Source: Candidatus Nomurabacteria bacterium
Lineage (GTDB): Bacteria; Patescibacteriota; Minisyncoccia; Phycocordibacterales; UBA918
Direction: 5' to 3'
NCBI GenBank assembly: GCA_020632135.1
Contig: JACKGC010000001.1
Span: 116,241 to 180,240, forward strand
DNA: 64,000 bases
Made by a program: the position numbers and the translations under genes. The notes below the pieces were generated by a model. It was given only the letters and a program-made list of their open reading frames with translations, was not told where the DNA came from and made no database searches. The stretch's first letter is position 1, and each line of letters starts with the position of its first letter. Positions 39,235-49,340 of this stretch are shown here, piece after piece.

Positions 39235-39278
39235 ATAAGAAAACCGGCTCGGACGAACGTCCGAGCCGGGCTGCCTGG

Positions 39279-39728
39279 TCAGCTGAGGTAACGCACGCCT
39301 GGTCCTTCAGGATACGCCAAAAAGAGAAACGGGAACTGTAGTACTTCGGCATGATCGGGATTGCGGAAGCCGACACACAACCACAATCCGTACTGCGGTT
39401 CAATCTCGCCGAGGACATAGTCACTTTGTTCCACAAACGTGACACTGACCACCTCGTCTTCGTGACTCAGGGGCACGACCGATACATGTTCAGTCTCCAC
39501 TCCTTGGCGATCAATATCATCCTCCGACTGCACAATCAGCAGTCTCCAAAGATCTCCCAAGTCTCCATGCAGGGGATGTCTTCCATCAGACACAATGGTC
39601 ACTTCAATATACTCGGACCCGAACCGTACTCCAGGGTACTCTTCTAATTCGATTTTTCCTGGTCGCACCTCCGCTTTAAGATGCAAGTGAGGAGCCGCAC
39701 TGTTATCAAGCCTGGGTTTGCTCAGCAT
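39279..39728 (-). CDS. Hypothetical acidic protein
   Basis: A GGAGG RBS lies 5 nt upstream of the ATG at 39728. No family is recognised. Confidence 0.45.
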   Translation of the reverse strand: MLSKPRLDNSAAPHLHLKAEVRPGKIELEEYPGVRFGSEYIEVTIVSDGRHPLHGDLGDLWRLLIVQSEDDIDRQGVETEHVSVVPLSHEDEVVSVTFVEQSDYVLGEIEPQYGLWLCVGFRNPDHAEVLQFPFLFLAYPEGPGVRYLS

Positions 39729-39887
39729 GATGCCTCCAATACAATTAAGAACTTCCACCACCTGGGAACACTATAGCTGGAAGGACGCTGATGGCAAGCG
39801 GGCGGCCTGCGGCCGCCCGCAGATGTACTCACTAAAGACACAAAAAGGCGGCGCGAAGCGCCGCCTGTAGTTCTCCAACCACCAGAG

Positions 39888-40148
39888 TCAGTTGCAATAA
39901 TGAACTGCCCACCCCGTCTCACGTGCATAGGCAGCTACGAGGGCCATGTCCTTGTCCCGCACTGGATCAGGCACACCATCAATCGAACGAAAGATGCTAA
40001 ATAAGGTCTGCCCGATCAAATACCCGTCGTCTCCAGGCCGCAGTGTACGAATGTACCCTGGCGTCAACTCCGGTGTCGACTGCGTCAGAAACTCCTCAAA
40101 CAGTGGCAGCGCGTAGGCCGCAGATAATTGCTGGGAGTACTTCATCAT
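39888..40148 (-). CDS. Hypothetical small protein
   Basis: 86 aa with a GAGGTGG RBS. It is flanked by GC-rich hairpins. Confidence 0.45.
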   Translation of the reverse strand: MMKYSQQLSAAYALPLFEEFLTQSTPELTPGYIRTLRPGDDGYLIGQTLFSIFRSIDGVPDPVRDKDMALVAAYARETGWAVHYCN

Positions 40149-40562
40149 TCCACCTCACATCAGTCTTTGTCTATACCTATCAAACATGATTACGTGCAGT
40201 TATGCAAGGAAAATGAAAACGCCGCGCGGCAAAGCCGCGCGGCAAAATGATTGAGGAGATGGCCCCTGAAGCCGAGATCCACATGGAAGTACGAGTGTAT
40301 TCCCATTGTATTACGAACGACTCTTACGGCCGCCGAGACGGATCACCTCCTACGGTTGTTGGTGAGCTTGGAAAAGGAAGGCCGTGGTCTCCTGTTTGAA
40401 AGATCTTGTCGGTTTCATTTCTTTCCCCTTCAACATGCTACGAACGCACGTGCGTCCAATATCAGTATTACAAAAAGAATACTGTTTTGTAAAGTCACTA
40501 ACTCGATTGTCCCTCCTACTGATGTACGCTATAGTGAGTACCGCCAACCCAACGGCACCCTT

Positions 40563-40636
40563 CCGTCAGTAGCTCAGTTGGTTAGAGCGCAGAGCTTATA
40601 CCTCTGTGGTCCCTGGTTCGAATCCAGGCTGACGGA
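40563..40636 (+). tRNA. tRNA-Ile(UAU)
   Basis: CCGTCAGTAGCTCAGTTGGTTAGAGCGCAGAGCTTATACCTCTGTGGTCCCTGGTTCGAATCCAGGCTGACGGA. The anticodon stem is CAGAG/CTCTG and the loop is CT-TAT-AC. Confidence 0.85.
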
Positions 40637-40640
40637 CATT

Positions 40641-40774
40641 GGACATGTCCGAGCGAGACGAAACATATCGTAGGATATACCCCCATAGTCCCTGGTTGAC
40701 CTAGAAATTAAGGAGAGCTTGCTCGACTGTAATTTCGACAATACTCTTATGGTGCGAATCCAGGAGGACGGACA
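40641..40774 (+). repeat. Degenerate tRNA-end module, copy Ile
   Basis: GTCCCTGGTT (40688-40697) and CGAATCCAGGagGACGGACA (40755-40774) reproduce the tRNA-Ile T-arm and 3' end, split by a 57-nt insertion at TT|CGA. A weak anti-arm TGTCCG plus GACGAAAC lies at 40646-40664. Confidence 0.5.
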
Positions 40775-40825
40775 ACTCTTTATAGCCCCCAAGCATTTCC
40801 ATACGGAGGCTGTTATACTAGTGGC

Positions 40826-42331
40826 ATGAAACTGCTCTTCTCGAAAAAGCGAATGTATGTTGGCATTGCGTTTCTAGTGATCATACTCGTGTTAGTGATG
40901 ATCAGACAGGTAAGCCAACGTGATAACACTGAGGTGGTCATGGCCACGGTCGAAAGCGGCAGCGTGCGCCAGTTGGTGTCGGTCTCTGGTATCGCCGAAG
41001 CAAAACAAACGGCCGAACTCGCCTTCCCTGTGTCTGGCACGGTGCTCGAGGTACTAGTAGAAGAGGGTGACACAGTCGCGGTCGGCGACGTACTGGTCAC
41101 ACTTGATGCCCGCACACTCTACGCCGACCGCCAAGACGCACTTGCTGCCCTGGCCCGCGCCGTCGCCGACCGCGACGAACTCCTTACAGGACCGACCGCT
41201 TCTGCCCGCGAAGTGACCGCTGAGACCCTCGCCAGCAAACAAGCTACTCTCATCACCACCCGCGACACTGAGGGACAGAAAGTTGCCAACGCGTACCGAG
41301 CGTTACTCTCTAGTAATTTATCTGCTTATTCAAATGACCCGACCGAGGATGCCACACCACCGATCATCAGCGGTACATACACATGCGACAGCGAAGGTGC
41401 ATACACGCTCACCATCTTTAATTCCAAATCAGACTCCGGTTATTCTTACAAACTCAGTGGCCTTGAGACTGGCACGTACGTAGTTTCTACCGAACAGCCC
41501 ACCCCACTCGGCACCTGTGGCCTGCGTGCGCAATTCGGTGGATCCTCAATTTATAACAACTCTGTCTGGCACATTGATATTCCAAACACCAAATCCCCGA
41601 ACTACGTTGCGAGCCGTAACGCCTACACACTTGCTGTGACCCAAGCCGATACGGCCATCGAACTAGCCGAGCAAGCAGTACTGCTGGCAGAAGCGGATGC
41701 CCAGAACCAAAACGCCCCTGCTCGCAGCGAAGCCATCACTCGTGCCAATGCCGCCATTACTCAAGCTCAAGCACGTCTCGCCCGCATCGACGCCACCATC
41801 GCTGACCGCACACTCACCGCACCCTTTGGTGGCGTGGTCACAACGTTAGATATCCTCCCTGGCGAAACGGTCACCACTGCACCAGTGGTGACGTTGCTGG
41901 CGAGCAATGAATTCAAAGTGATCGCTCGTATCCCTGAGATCGACATCGGCAAGCTCGCTGTCGGCCAGGCCGCAGAAATGATCTTTGATGCCCGCACCAC
42001 CGAAACCATCTGGGGTGACATCAGCTTCATCTCACCGATCGCCACCGAAATTGACGGTGTCGCCTACTACGAGGCCACCATTCAATTCCGCACTTTACCC
42101 AACTGGATCCGTAGCGGCCTTAATGCCGACATCGAAGTTATTATCGCTGAAGCAACAGATGCACTACGCGTGCCGAAACGCTTTGTGAATAAGAATGATA
42201 CAGGCTATGAAGTGTTGGTATACCGGGACAATAATTTAGCCAGCACATCGGTTGACATCATCCTCGAAGGCAATGACGGCTACTTCGCAATTACTGGCAT
42301 AACCGCGGGCGACATCGTCGTTGCACCATAA
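40826..42331 (+). CDS. HlyD/MacA-like periplasmic adaptor (membrane fusion) protein
   Basis: 501 aa with an N-terminal TM helix, a lipoyl/hairpin/beta-barrel layout and a long Ala-rich coiled coil. It is followed by MacB-type ABC genes. Confidence 0.7.
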   Translation: MKLLFSKKRMYVGIAFLVIILVLVMIRQVSQRDNTEVVMATVESGSVRQLVSVSGIAEAKQTAELAFPVSGTVLEVLVEEGDTVAVGDVLVTLDARTLYADRQDALAALARAVADRDELLTGPTASAREVTAETLASKQATLITTRDTEGQKVANAYRALLSSNLSAYSNDPTEDATPPIISGTYTCDSEGAYTLTIFNSKSDSGYSYKLSGLETGTYVVSTEQPTPLGTCGLRAQFGGSSIYNNSVWHIDIPNTKSPNYVASRNAYTLAVTQADTAIELAEQAVLLAEADAQNQNAPARSEAITRANAAITQAQARLARIDATIADRTLTAPFGGVVTTLDILPGETVTTAPVVTLLASNEFKVIARIPEIDIGKLAVGQAAEMIFDARTTETIWGDISFISPIATEIDGVAYYEATIQFRTLPNWIRSGLNADIEVIIAEATDALRVPKRFVNKNDTGYEVLVYRDNNLASTSVDIILEGNDGYFAITGITAGDIVVAP

Positions 42332-42334
42332 CAT

Positions 42335-43582
42335 ATGCGTAATCTCCGCATTGGATTACTCCTTGGCCTGCGGCAGATACAGCGGGCCAATATATGGACC
42401 ACACTCCTCATTGTTTTTGTGATGATGCTCACCTTCCTCAACCTCATCGCGGTGTCGGGTGTGCTGGTTGGCCTCATCGAAGGCGCAGAACGCGCAGTGA
42501 AAGCCGAATCACTCGGCGACCTCATCCTCAGTGAACGTGATGATGAAGACAACATACTCGAAACTGAAACGATCCTGCGGGAACTAGCTGCCTACCCTGA
42601 AATCAGTGCCTACTCGGTGCGGTACAGCGGCGGCGGCGAGCTCGAGGCGAACTACAAAGAACGGCGTAGTCTCACGGCTGAGCGAGACACCGCCGCTGTC
42701 AAAGTAACTGGCATTGACCCGCTCCTTGAGGATCGCATGTCCAACCTCAGCGACACGATCATAAAAGGCGAATACCTCAACCCTGATGAAGAGGGGTATA
42801 TTCTCATCGGCTACTACTATCTTGAGGAATTTGCTGAGCAATTTGGTGACATCTTTGATACTATCGCCAACGTAGAGCCAGGCGACCCGGTGCGACTCAC
42901 CGTAGGTACCGTCTCAAAGGAATTCATCGTCAAAGGTATCATTCAGTCGAAGGTTGATGAAGTGTCACTCAACACATACATCCCTGAGCGTGAGTTCCGT
43001 CGCCTCTTCGGCCGCCTGGACCGGAACGCCGATCAGATCGTCATTCGTATGAAAACACGCGAATCGGAGACGGAACTCAAACAGGCATTTGTCGCAAACG
43101 GTTTTGATGAGTTTGCCAAAATTCAAACCTATGACGAGGGCAAACCAAAGTTTATCACTGACATCAAGAACACCATGAACCTCCTTGGCACCTTCATTGG
43201 CTCAATCGGCATTGTGGTGGCCTCGATCACTATCTTCATTATCATTTTCATTAATGCCCTTTCACGCCGGCAGCAGATCGGTATTCTCAAAGGCATTGGT
43301 ATCGAACGCCAGGCGATCGAGACCGCGTACGTCTTTCAAGCAGCGGTGTATGCTCTGGCTGGTTCTGGCATGGGCGCACTGCTCACGTACGGTTTTCTGA
43401 TCGGCTACTTTGAACGCAACCCTATCCACTTCCCTTTTAGTGACGGCATCTTGGTCGCACCACCAGATGAGACTTTCTTACGTTTTGTCATACTCTTTAT
43501 TGTCACCCTCATTGCTGGCCTGCTCCCCGCCTGGCTGATTGTGCGGCAAAATACCCTTAATTCGATTCTGGGTCGTAAATAG
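42335..43582 (+). CDS. MacB/FtsX-type ABC transporter permease
   Basis: 415 aa with TM1, a large periplasmic domain and three C-terminal TM helices. Confidence 0.75.
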   Translation: MRNLRIGLLLGLRQIQRANIWTTLLIVFVMMLTFLNLIAVSGVLVGLIEGAERAVKAESLGDLILSERDDEDNILETETILRELAAYPEISAYSVRYSGGGELEANYKERRSLTAERDTAAVKVTGIDPLLEDRMSNLSDTIIKGEYLNPDEEGYILIGYYYLEEFAEQFGDIFDTIANVEPGDPVRLTVGTVSKEFIVKGIIQSKVDEVSLNTYIPEREFRRLFGRLDRNADQIVIRMKTRESETELKQAFVANGFDEFAKIQTYDEGKPKFITDIKNTMNLLGTFIGSIGIVVASITIFIIIFINALSRRQQIGILKGIGIERQAIETAYVFQAAVYALAGSGMGALLTYGFLIGYFERNPIHFPFSDGILVAPPDETFLRFVILFIVTLIAGLLPAWLIVRQNTLNSILGRK

Positions 43583-43590
43583 CAACGCGT

Positions 43591-44277
43591 ATGGAAATTA
43601 TTAAAGCCACCAACATCCACAGAACATTCGGCGAGGGCGATCTCATCGCACACGTACTCAAAGGCATTGACTTCACTGCCACTGCAGGTGAGTTTGTAGC
43701 TATCATGGGTAAGTCAGGGGCCGGTAAGTCGACACTTATGTATCAGCTCTCAGTACTTGATGAGCCTACTGATGGCTCAGTGATAGTGAATGGCACCGAT
43801 ATCATCGCGCTCAGCGAACGCGAACGCACTGCGTTTAGACTCAATACCCTTGGCTATATCTTTCAAAATTATGCTCTGGTACCCGACCTCACCTCAGAAG
43901 AGAATGTGATGCTCCCCCTCCTCATGAAAGGGCTCACCTGGGAAGAGGCTAAGGCGCAAGCGCGCCAAGCAATCGATGCGGTCGGCATGCACGGCAAGTA
44001 CACGAATCTTCCTGCTGAGCTCTCAGGTGGCGAACAGCAGCGCATCTCAATTGCTCGCGCGGTGGCAGGCAAGCCGAAGATCTTATTTGCAGATGAGCCC
44101 ACTGCCAACCTCGATAGCGTCTCCGGGCAGCAGGTGATTGACTTGATCACCGAACTCAATCGTGAGTTTGGTCAAACCATTGTCATGGTGACCCACGAAC
44201 GAGAGTACGCTGTCAATTGCCATCGTATCGTACATATGGAAGATGGACGTATTATTGATGAAGAGCGATTGCGGTAG
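43591..44277 (+). CDS. ABC transporter ATP-binding protein (MacB/LolD-like)
   Basis: Walker A GKSGAGKST, signature LSGGEQQR, Walker B ILFADEPT. Confidence 0.9.
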   Translation: MEIIKATNIHRTFGEGDLIAHVLKGIDFTATAGEFVAIMGKSGAGKSTLMYQLSVLDEPTDGSVIVNGTDIIALSERERTAFRLNTLGYIFQNYALVPDLTSEENVMLPLLMKGLTWEEAKAQARQAIDAVGMHGKYTNLPAELSGGEQQRISIARAVAGKPKILFADEPTANLDSVSGQQVIDLITELNREFGQTIVMVTHEREYAVNCHRIVHMEDGRIIDEERLR

Positions 44278-44295
44278 TCTTTGGAGTATTACTGA

Positions 44296-44326
44296 AAAGC
44301 GGCGGGCCGAAGGCCCGCCGCTTTTT
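44296..44326. terminator. Bidirectional rho-independent terminator
   Basis: aaaagcggcgggcc-gaa-ggcccgccgcttttt lies between convergent genes. Confidence 0.8.
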
Positions 44327-44333
44327 CACTCTC

Positions 44334-46427
44334 CTAACTCCCCTTCTGCTCATCCGGACGCACTTCTAGCCCCCGGGTCGGATCGCCAATACTCTGTTCT
44401 TCCTTGTACATATCTGCATACGCATCCTTGATTGGTACGTTGAATTGCTTCAAGAGGGCTTCATACTCGTCGCGCTCAAGCGTTTCTGCCTCAATCAATT
44501 TCTTTGAGATCTCATCAAGGGCTTTGCGATGAGTGGTGAGGATCTCCCGCGCTTTGTCTTTACCTTCTTCAATAATGCGCGTTACTTCTTCGTCGATCAG
44601 TTTTGCTACTTGTGCACCATACGCTCGATCTTCAGACATGCCGCCACCAATTAATCGGCCGCCACTGCCGTCGTACGCCACGGGACCAAGCTTCTCACTC
44701 ATACCATATTTCGTCACCATATCGCGCGCCATACTAGCCACTACTTGCAAGTCGTTTGACGGGCCGGTTGAGAGGTCGCCGAAGACCATTTCCTCCGTAA
44801 CGTACCCACCAAGCGTCATAGCAATGTCGTCGAGAAATTCCTTGCGAGTGTGCATGCGTCGATCTTGGTCTGGCAACTTGAGTGTATAGCCCGCAGCTCG
44901 ACCACGTGAGATGATCGAGATCTTCTGGACTGGGTCGGCATACGGCAGCACTGAAGCCACGAGGGCATGGCCCGTTTCATGATACGCCGTCACCAACTTC
45001 TCGTACTTTGAGAGCACGTGACTCTTGCGCTCCGGCCCAAGCATCACCTTCTCGATTGAGCGGATGATATCAAATTGTCCGACCTGCTTGCGCTTCTCAC
45101 GCGCAGCGAGAATGGCAGCTTCGTTCATAAGTGAGTAGAGGTCGGCACCAGAGAAACCAGGGGTACGCTGCGCGATGATCTCCAGATTAACATCGTCCTG
45201 TAGTGGCTTCTTTCGGGCGTGGACCGCCAGGATCGCTTCGCGATCCTTGCGGTCTGGCAGATCGATCGTCACCCGGCGGTCAAAGCGACCTGGACGCAAG
45301 AGCGCTGGATCAAGCACGTCAGGACGGTTAGTGGCCGCCATAACGATCACTTTCGCATTTGGCTCAAAGCCGTCCATCTCAACCAGGATCTGATTGAGTG
45401 TTTGTTCACGCTCGTCATTGCCGCCACCAACACCAGTACCACGCACGCGCCCCACGGCGTCGATCTCGTCGACGAAGATGATCGCTGGCGCTGCCTTCTT
45501 AGCCATCTGAAACAGATCACGCACTCGTGACGCACCGACACCAACAAACATCTCCACAAACTCCGAACCAGAAATACTGAAGAACGGTACACCTGCTTCA
45601 CCGGCTACCGCGCGTGCCAAGAGTGTCTTACCAGTTCCTGGTGAACCCATCATCATGACTCCCTTCGGGATCTCTGCACCAATGTCGAGGAATTTCTTTG
45701 GGTTCTTGAGGAAGTCGACGATCTCTTCAAGCTCTTGCTTAGCCTCTTTCGCCCCCGCCACGTCTTTGAAGGTCACTTTCTGCGTGGTGTCATTCGGGTC
45801 GATCATGCGCGCCTTGCTCGAACCAAAATTGAGCGCCTGCATCCCTGCCCCTTTTACACTCCGCGTAAAGAACCAAATAATGACTCCAAGCAAAACGAGC
45901 GGGAACAAGAATGGCGCAAACAACCCAAACCAGTACGTGAAACCGGTCTCGCGTTCTACGTTAATAGTAATGGTAGAGAGCTCTTCACTCGTCACGCCGA
46001 GGTTGGTAAGGGATTCTGTCACGGAAGCGTCCACTTCTCGTTTTGCTTCTCCAACATTGCGACTTTCATCTTTGTAGCTCACCTCCAGAGTCGCACCACG
46101 CACAGTGATAGTGTCGACCTCACCAGCCTTCACCTGCCCAACCACATCAGTAATACTGAGCTCTTCTGGTTCTTGTCGCGTATCAGTAATATGCGAAAAA
46201 ATAAACACGACCAGGATAAGTAGCAACACGGTAGAAAGCATGTTGTTCCAAAAGTTTCCTGGTCCCACCGGCAACTTCTTTCCTCCATGTCGCAAACCAG
46301 CCGGGCCCTTTGTCGGTTCGGCCTTTGGGATGTCTCGTGGGGTAGACCTTTGCTCTTCAGACTCCGGCTTGGTCGGTTCTGGTGGCACGGCCCCCTTGTT
46401 TTCTTCAGTATTTTCGGGCTTATTCAT
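44334..46427 (-). CDS. ftsH: ATP-dependent zinc metalloprotease FtsH
   Basis: Walker A GSPGTGKT, an SRH region and the HExxH motif (HETGHAL) are present. The start is taken at MNKPEN (46427). Confidence 0.95.
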   Translation of the reverse strand: MNKPENTEENKGAVPPEPTKPESEEQRSTPRDIPKAEPTKGPAGLRHGGKKLPVGPGNFWNNMLSTVLLLILVVFIFSHITDTRQEPEELSITDVVGQVKAGEVDTITVRGATLEVSYKDESRNVGEAKREVDASVTESLTNLGVTSEELSTITINVERETGFTYWFGLFAPFLFPLVLLGVIIWFFTRSVKGAGMQALNFGSSKARMIDPNDTTQKVTFKDVAGAKEAKQELEEIVDFLKNPKKFLDIGAEIPKGVMMMGSPGTGKTLLARAVAGEAGVPFFSISGSEFVEMFVGVGASRVRDLFQMAKKAAPAIIFVDEIDAVGRVRGTGVGGGNDEREQTLNQILVEMDGFEPNAKVIVMAATNRPDVLDPALLRPGRFDRRVTIDLPDRKDREAILAVHARKKPLQDDVNLEIIAQRTPGFSGADLYSLMNEAAILAAREKRKQVGQFDIIRSIEKVMLGPERKSHVLSKYEKLVTAYHETGHALVASVLPYADPVQKISIISRGRAAGYTLKLPDQDRRMHTRKEFLDDIAMTLGGYVTEEMVFGDLSTGPSNDLQVVASMARDMVTKYGMSEKLGPVAYDGSGGRLIGGGMSEDRAYGAQVAKLIDEEVTRIIEEGKDKAREILTTHRKALDEISKKLIEAETLERDEYEALLKQFNVPIKDAYADMYKEEQSIGDPTRGLEVRPDEQKGS

Positions 46428-46531
46428 ATGAGGGCTATTATACAGAAAACGACTAATTGCGCTATGTTTTTGGCTCTCGATGGCTACAACTTGAATTCTA
46501 TGTAGTATCATTGCTACAGTACACTCCACGT

Positions 46532-46981
46532 ATGAGTACATACATCCAAAACCGCAAAGCTCGCTTTGATTTCGAGATCTTAGAGACCCTCGAGGCTGGT
46601 TTGGTGCTGCAAGGGCATGAGGTAAAGTCGATTCGAGCAGGAAAGGGCCGGCTGGAAGGGTCGTTTGTCATTGTCCGTGGCGGCGAGGCTTTTCTTACCG
46701 GTGCCACCATCGCCCCCTTCCAGCCGGCCAACACCCCAAAAAGCTACGACCCCGAACGCCCGCGGAAACTCCTCCTCTCCAAAAAAGAGCTGGCACATTT
46801 GGAGCTTCAAACGGAAACCGCTCGCTTGACAGCTATCCCACTTAAATTGTATAATTCTGGCCGCAATATCAAGCTCGAGGTAGCCATCGCGCGCGGCAAA
46901 AAGAAGTACGACAAGCGCGAAAGTATTAAAGCCCGCGATACCAAGCGAGATATTGATCGTACATTGAAATCACAATACTAA
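46532..46981 (+). CDS. smpB: SsrA-binding protein
   Basis: NRKARFDFEILETLEAGLVLQGHEVKSIR. It lies adjacent to the tmRNA gene. Confidence 0.9.
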   Translation: MSTYIQNRKARFDFEILETLEAGLVLQGHEVKSIRAGKGRLEGSFVIVRGGEAFLTGATIAPFQPANTPKSYDPERPRKLLLSKKELAHLELQTETARLTAIPLKLYNSGRNIKLEVAIARGKKKYDKRESIKARDTKRDIDRTLKSQY

Positions 46982-47047
46982 AACACCTTGGCTGTATGGT
47001 GGTGGGCAATGAGGCCAACCAGTTCCTATACAAAGGGGAGAAATATA

Positions 47048-47356
47048 ATGGTGGAGAAATTGGAGCAATTCCAAGAGCCGGAAATCGCAACCAGCGAGTC
47101 TTTCTGGGACCAGGACATCATCTGCTGCACTGACGGCAATTGTGTCCTCTGCCTCAACGAGGAAGAGGAAGCATACTTACCCGGTATGCATGTGCTTACC
47201 CGAGAGGAAGACGAGTTCGAACGGTTATACCAAGCGCTCGACGCGCATAACTCGGCTCTGGCACATTCGTCTGGCTTCATGAGCGCACTGCAAGAGGATA
47301 ACGAGGCATTCGAGATCCTGAAAGCAGAGTTGCTTGGCGAGGAGATGGTTTCCTAA
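47048..47356 (+). CDS. Hypothetical acidic Cys-containing protein
   Basis: A GGGGAG RBS lies upstream of the ATG at 47048. A hairpin follows at 47364-47393. Confidence 0.45.
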   Translation: MVEKLEQFQEPEIATSESFWDQDIICCTDGNCVLCLNEEEEAYLPGMHVLTREEDEFERLYQALDAHNSALAHSSGFMSALQEDNEAFEILKAELLGEEMVS

Positions 47357-47490
47357 ACCACCAGTCGGACGGTAGACCCACTGCCGTCCGACCCATCACC
47401 ATGTAGCTAAGGTGTGTGTACACCATTCCCAGAGTGCTCACGATCACGGCGGGAATTTTCCTTCGGAAAATTCCCGCCCGTGATCACTCT

Positions 47491-47899
47491 GGGGATGCCA
47501 GGCATCGACGGTTAGTCGTGTCGGATGTGTGCAGTGTCGAAAACTGGTAATCAATTCGTTAAAAGGTTCCATTCTGTACGTGCAAACAAAGCAGTACCAA
47601 GTCCTTACGCTCGCGCGTTTGGATTCACACCCGCTTTCGCGTAATAACGCCAGCCGATGTGATGCTCCGCTCATAAACGTCTCATACGTGAGCCGGGGTA
47701 GAATAGCCACGAGACTGTGGAAACCATTGTCGTTGTCATAGGTTTCCAAGATTGTAACAACTCGAGACCGTAGTGTTTGGTTAGTCTTCTAGCTACAGGT
47801 CTTTAAACAGAAGCAATTCTGACAAAGGCTAACTACGCACTGTAGACTCACCTTCGCACCCTGATTCGGACGGGGTTTCGATTACCCCCATCTCCACCA
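47491..47899 (+). ncRNA. ssrA: tmRNA (ssrA), CCA encoded
   Basis: The 5' end GGGGATGCCAGGCATCGACGG pairs with the 3' end GGACGGGGTTTCGATTACCCCCATCTCCACCA, giving a G3.U70 pair. The candidate tag reading frame is gca aac aaa ... gct ttc gcg taa taa (ANKAVPSPYARAFGFTPAFA). Confidence 0.9.
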
Positions 47900-48086
47900 A
47901 ATCTGAAGCAAATCGAGCCTTATTCCATAAGGCTCGTTTTGCTGTATTTTGAAGAGATGTTTGGAGATTAGAACCTGTATGGACAAATTTCTATTTTATT
48001 ATATAATCACAATCAGCTTACGGCCCTGAAAGGCCTCTAAGTTCCCGCCTTTTAGGCATAACACTTGAATACTGAGGAGAGACAAC

Positions 48087-49145
48087 ATGAGTCTTGTAGT
48101 CGCAATCCTTGGCGAACCGTCCGAAAAGATCGTGAACGGGGAGCTGAAGTCTGTCGTACCTTTCGTGGGTGCTGATAGAGAGGGTAAATTTGCCCAAATG
48201 GGCATCGGTCTACTCTTCCCTGACGAAGGAAAGGGTATGATCTGGGGTCTTGTCATGCCACACGCCCTGATCAAATCGTGGCGTGGCATGAAACTGCTTG
48301 AACAGGTCGACCGCATCGAACACGGCACACTCTGTGGCTGCTGGACAATCGCAACCAGCGATGTGTCTGATAGCGACAAACGCCATCTCGATGAGCTTGC
48401 TGATCAGTTTGGCGGTATGGATGGCCTCGAAGAAGCCAGGGCGAAAGTTCTCGCTTCTGTACCGAGCGCTGAAGAAATCGACTCGATGATCAGCAACCTT
48501 CGCGAGAAAGAAGTTGGCGTCGACAGTTGGGATCTGACAGCGGAAATCGAAGCGGGCCGGATCGAAACCAGTCCTGCGATCGAGCTGATCATCAAGAAAG
48601 AAGATGAGGAGCGAGTCGCATACGCTCGGAAGGAAGAACAGATCAAGAAACCTGTTCCGCCTGAAGAAAGTCTCGCGCAGTTCTTTAAGGACTTGCGCAT
48701 TGGCAACTTCATCATCGGCGGCGGCTTCGGCGGGTATGGTATGGACTGGGGTCACATCGAACTGAAAGATCTCGACCAGACCGCTAAGCGTGACAGCTTC
48801 AGCGAGTACCTGACAGATGGTTTCACCCTTGAGCATACGACACAGGGACCCGAAACCTTCGCTGATGACGTTGCACCTGGCGTGACAATGTACCAGACGT
48901 CTTCCGGCGAGATCGAGAACCCCTGGTTCTTGGCCGCTGACGAGACAAGGTACACCTTCTTGTCGGCCAAGTTTCGTGACGAACGGTTCCACATCAAAGC
49001 GAAGGTGGAAAGCGCCGATGAACCGCCCCAGGAAGGCGAGTTCACCATCGCTCAGCTTCGCGAGATGATCGGACCAATCGAAATGCCACCTGCACCAACC
49101 CTTATCCAACGTCTGGCCAAGGGCGCACGCAGTCTCTTCAACTAA
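48087..49145 (+). CDS. Hypothetical protein (island cargo)
   Basis: 352 aa with a GAGGAGAG RBS and a strong terminator downstream. No family is recognised. Confidence 0.55.
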   Translation: MSLVVAILGEPSEKIVNGELKSVVPFVGADREGKFAQMGIGLLFPDEGKGMIWGLVMPHALIKSWRGMKLLEQVDRIEHGTLCGCWTIATSDVSDSDKRHLDELADQFGGMDGLEEARAKVLASVPSAEEIDSMISNLREKEVGVDSWDLTAEIEAGRIETSPAIELIIKKEDEERVAYARKEEQIKKPVPPEESLAQFFKDLRIGNFIIGGGFGGYGMDWGHIELKDLDQTAKRDSFSEYLTDGFTLEHTTQGPETFADDVAPGVTMYQTSSGEIENPWFLAADETRYTFLSAKFRDERFHIKAKVESADEPPQEGEFTIAQLREMIGPIEMPPAPTLIQRLAKGARSLFN

Positions 49146-49160
49146 CCTCTCACGAGGTAA

Positions 49161-49210
49161 CAGCCCGCAGAAAAGCGCCCGCAGAGGTTCGCTTCTGCGG
49201 GCTGCTTTTT
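49161..49210 (+). terminator. Rho-independent terminator after cargo ORF
   Basis: cagcccgcagaa...ttctgcgggctg followed by cttttt. Confidence 0.75.
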
Positions 49211-49340
49211 ATTTCACCACACATCAGTAACTTTCAGAAAATTGGGACACTCCATTTCAATCAAAGAGGTTTTAACTTCGTACAAAGATTTCCACGAGTA
49301 CAAAATCAGCTCACGCGTTTGCGTGGGCGATTTTTGTTCG

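Noticed and set aside
40251-40400. SRP RNA, 6S RNA or RNase P RNA in the 400-nt gap upstream of tRNA-Ile.
   Set aside because: I did not see GAGGAAAGUCC (RNase P) or the SRP domain IV motifs. GGAAAAGGAAGGCCG is only superficially SRP-like.
40251-40673. 140-aa ORF with a TTG start.
   Set aside because: It reads straight through tRNA-Ile(UAU) and a non-coding region. It has no RBS and an implausible composition.
48210-49109. 299-aa ORF on the minus strand inside tmRNA island 1.
   Set aside because: The opposite plus-strand ORF (48087..49145) has a GAGGAGAG RBS and a downstream terminator, and it is co-oriented with the anchor RNA gene like the other cargo genes. The minus ORF looks like an antisense artefact.
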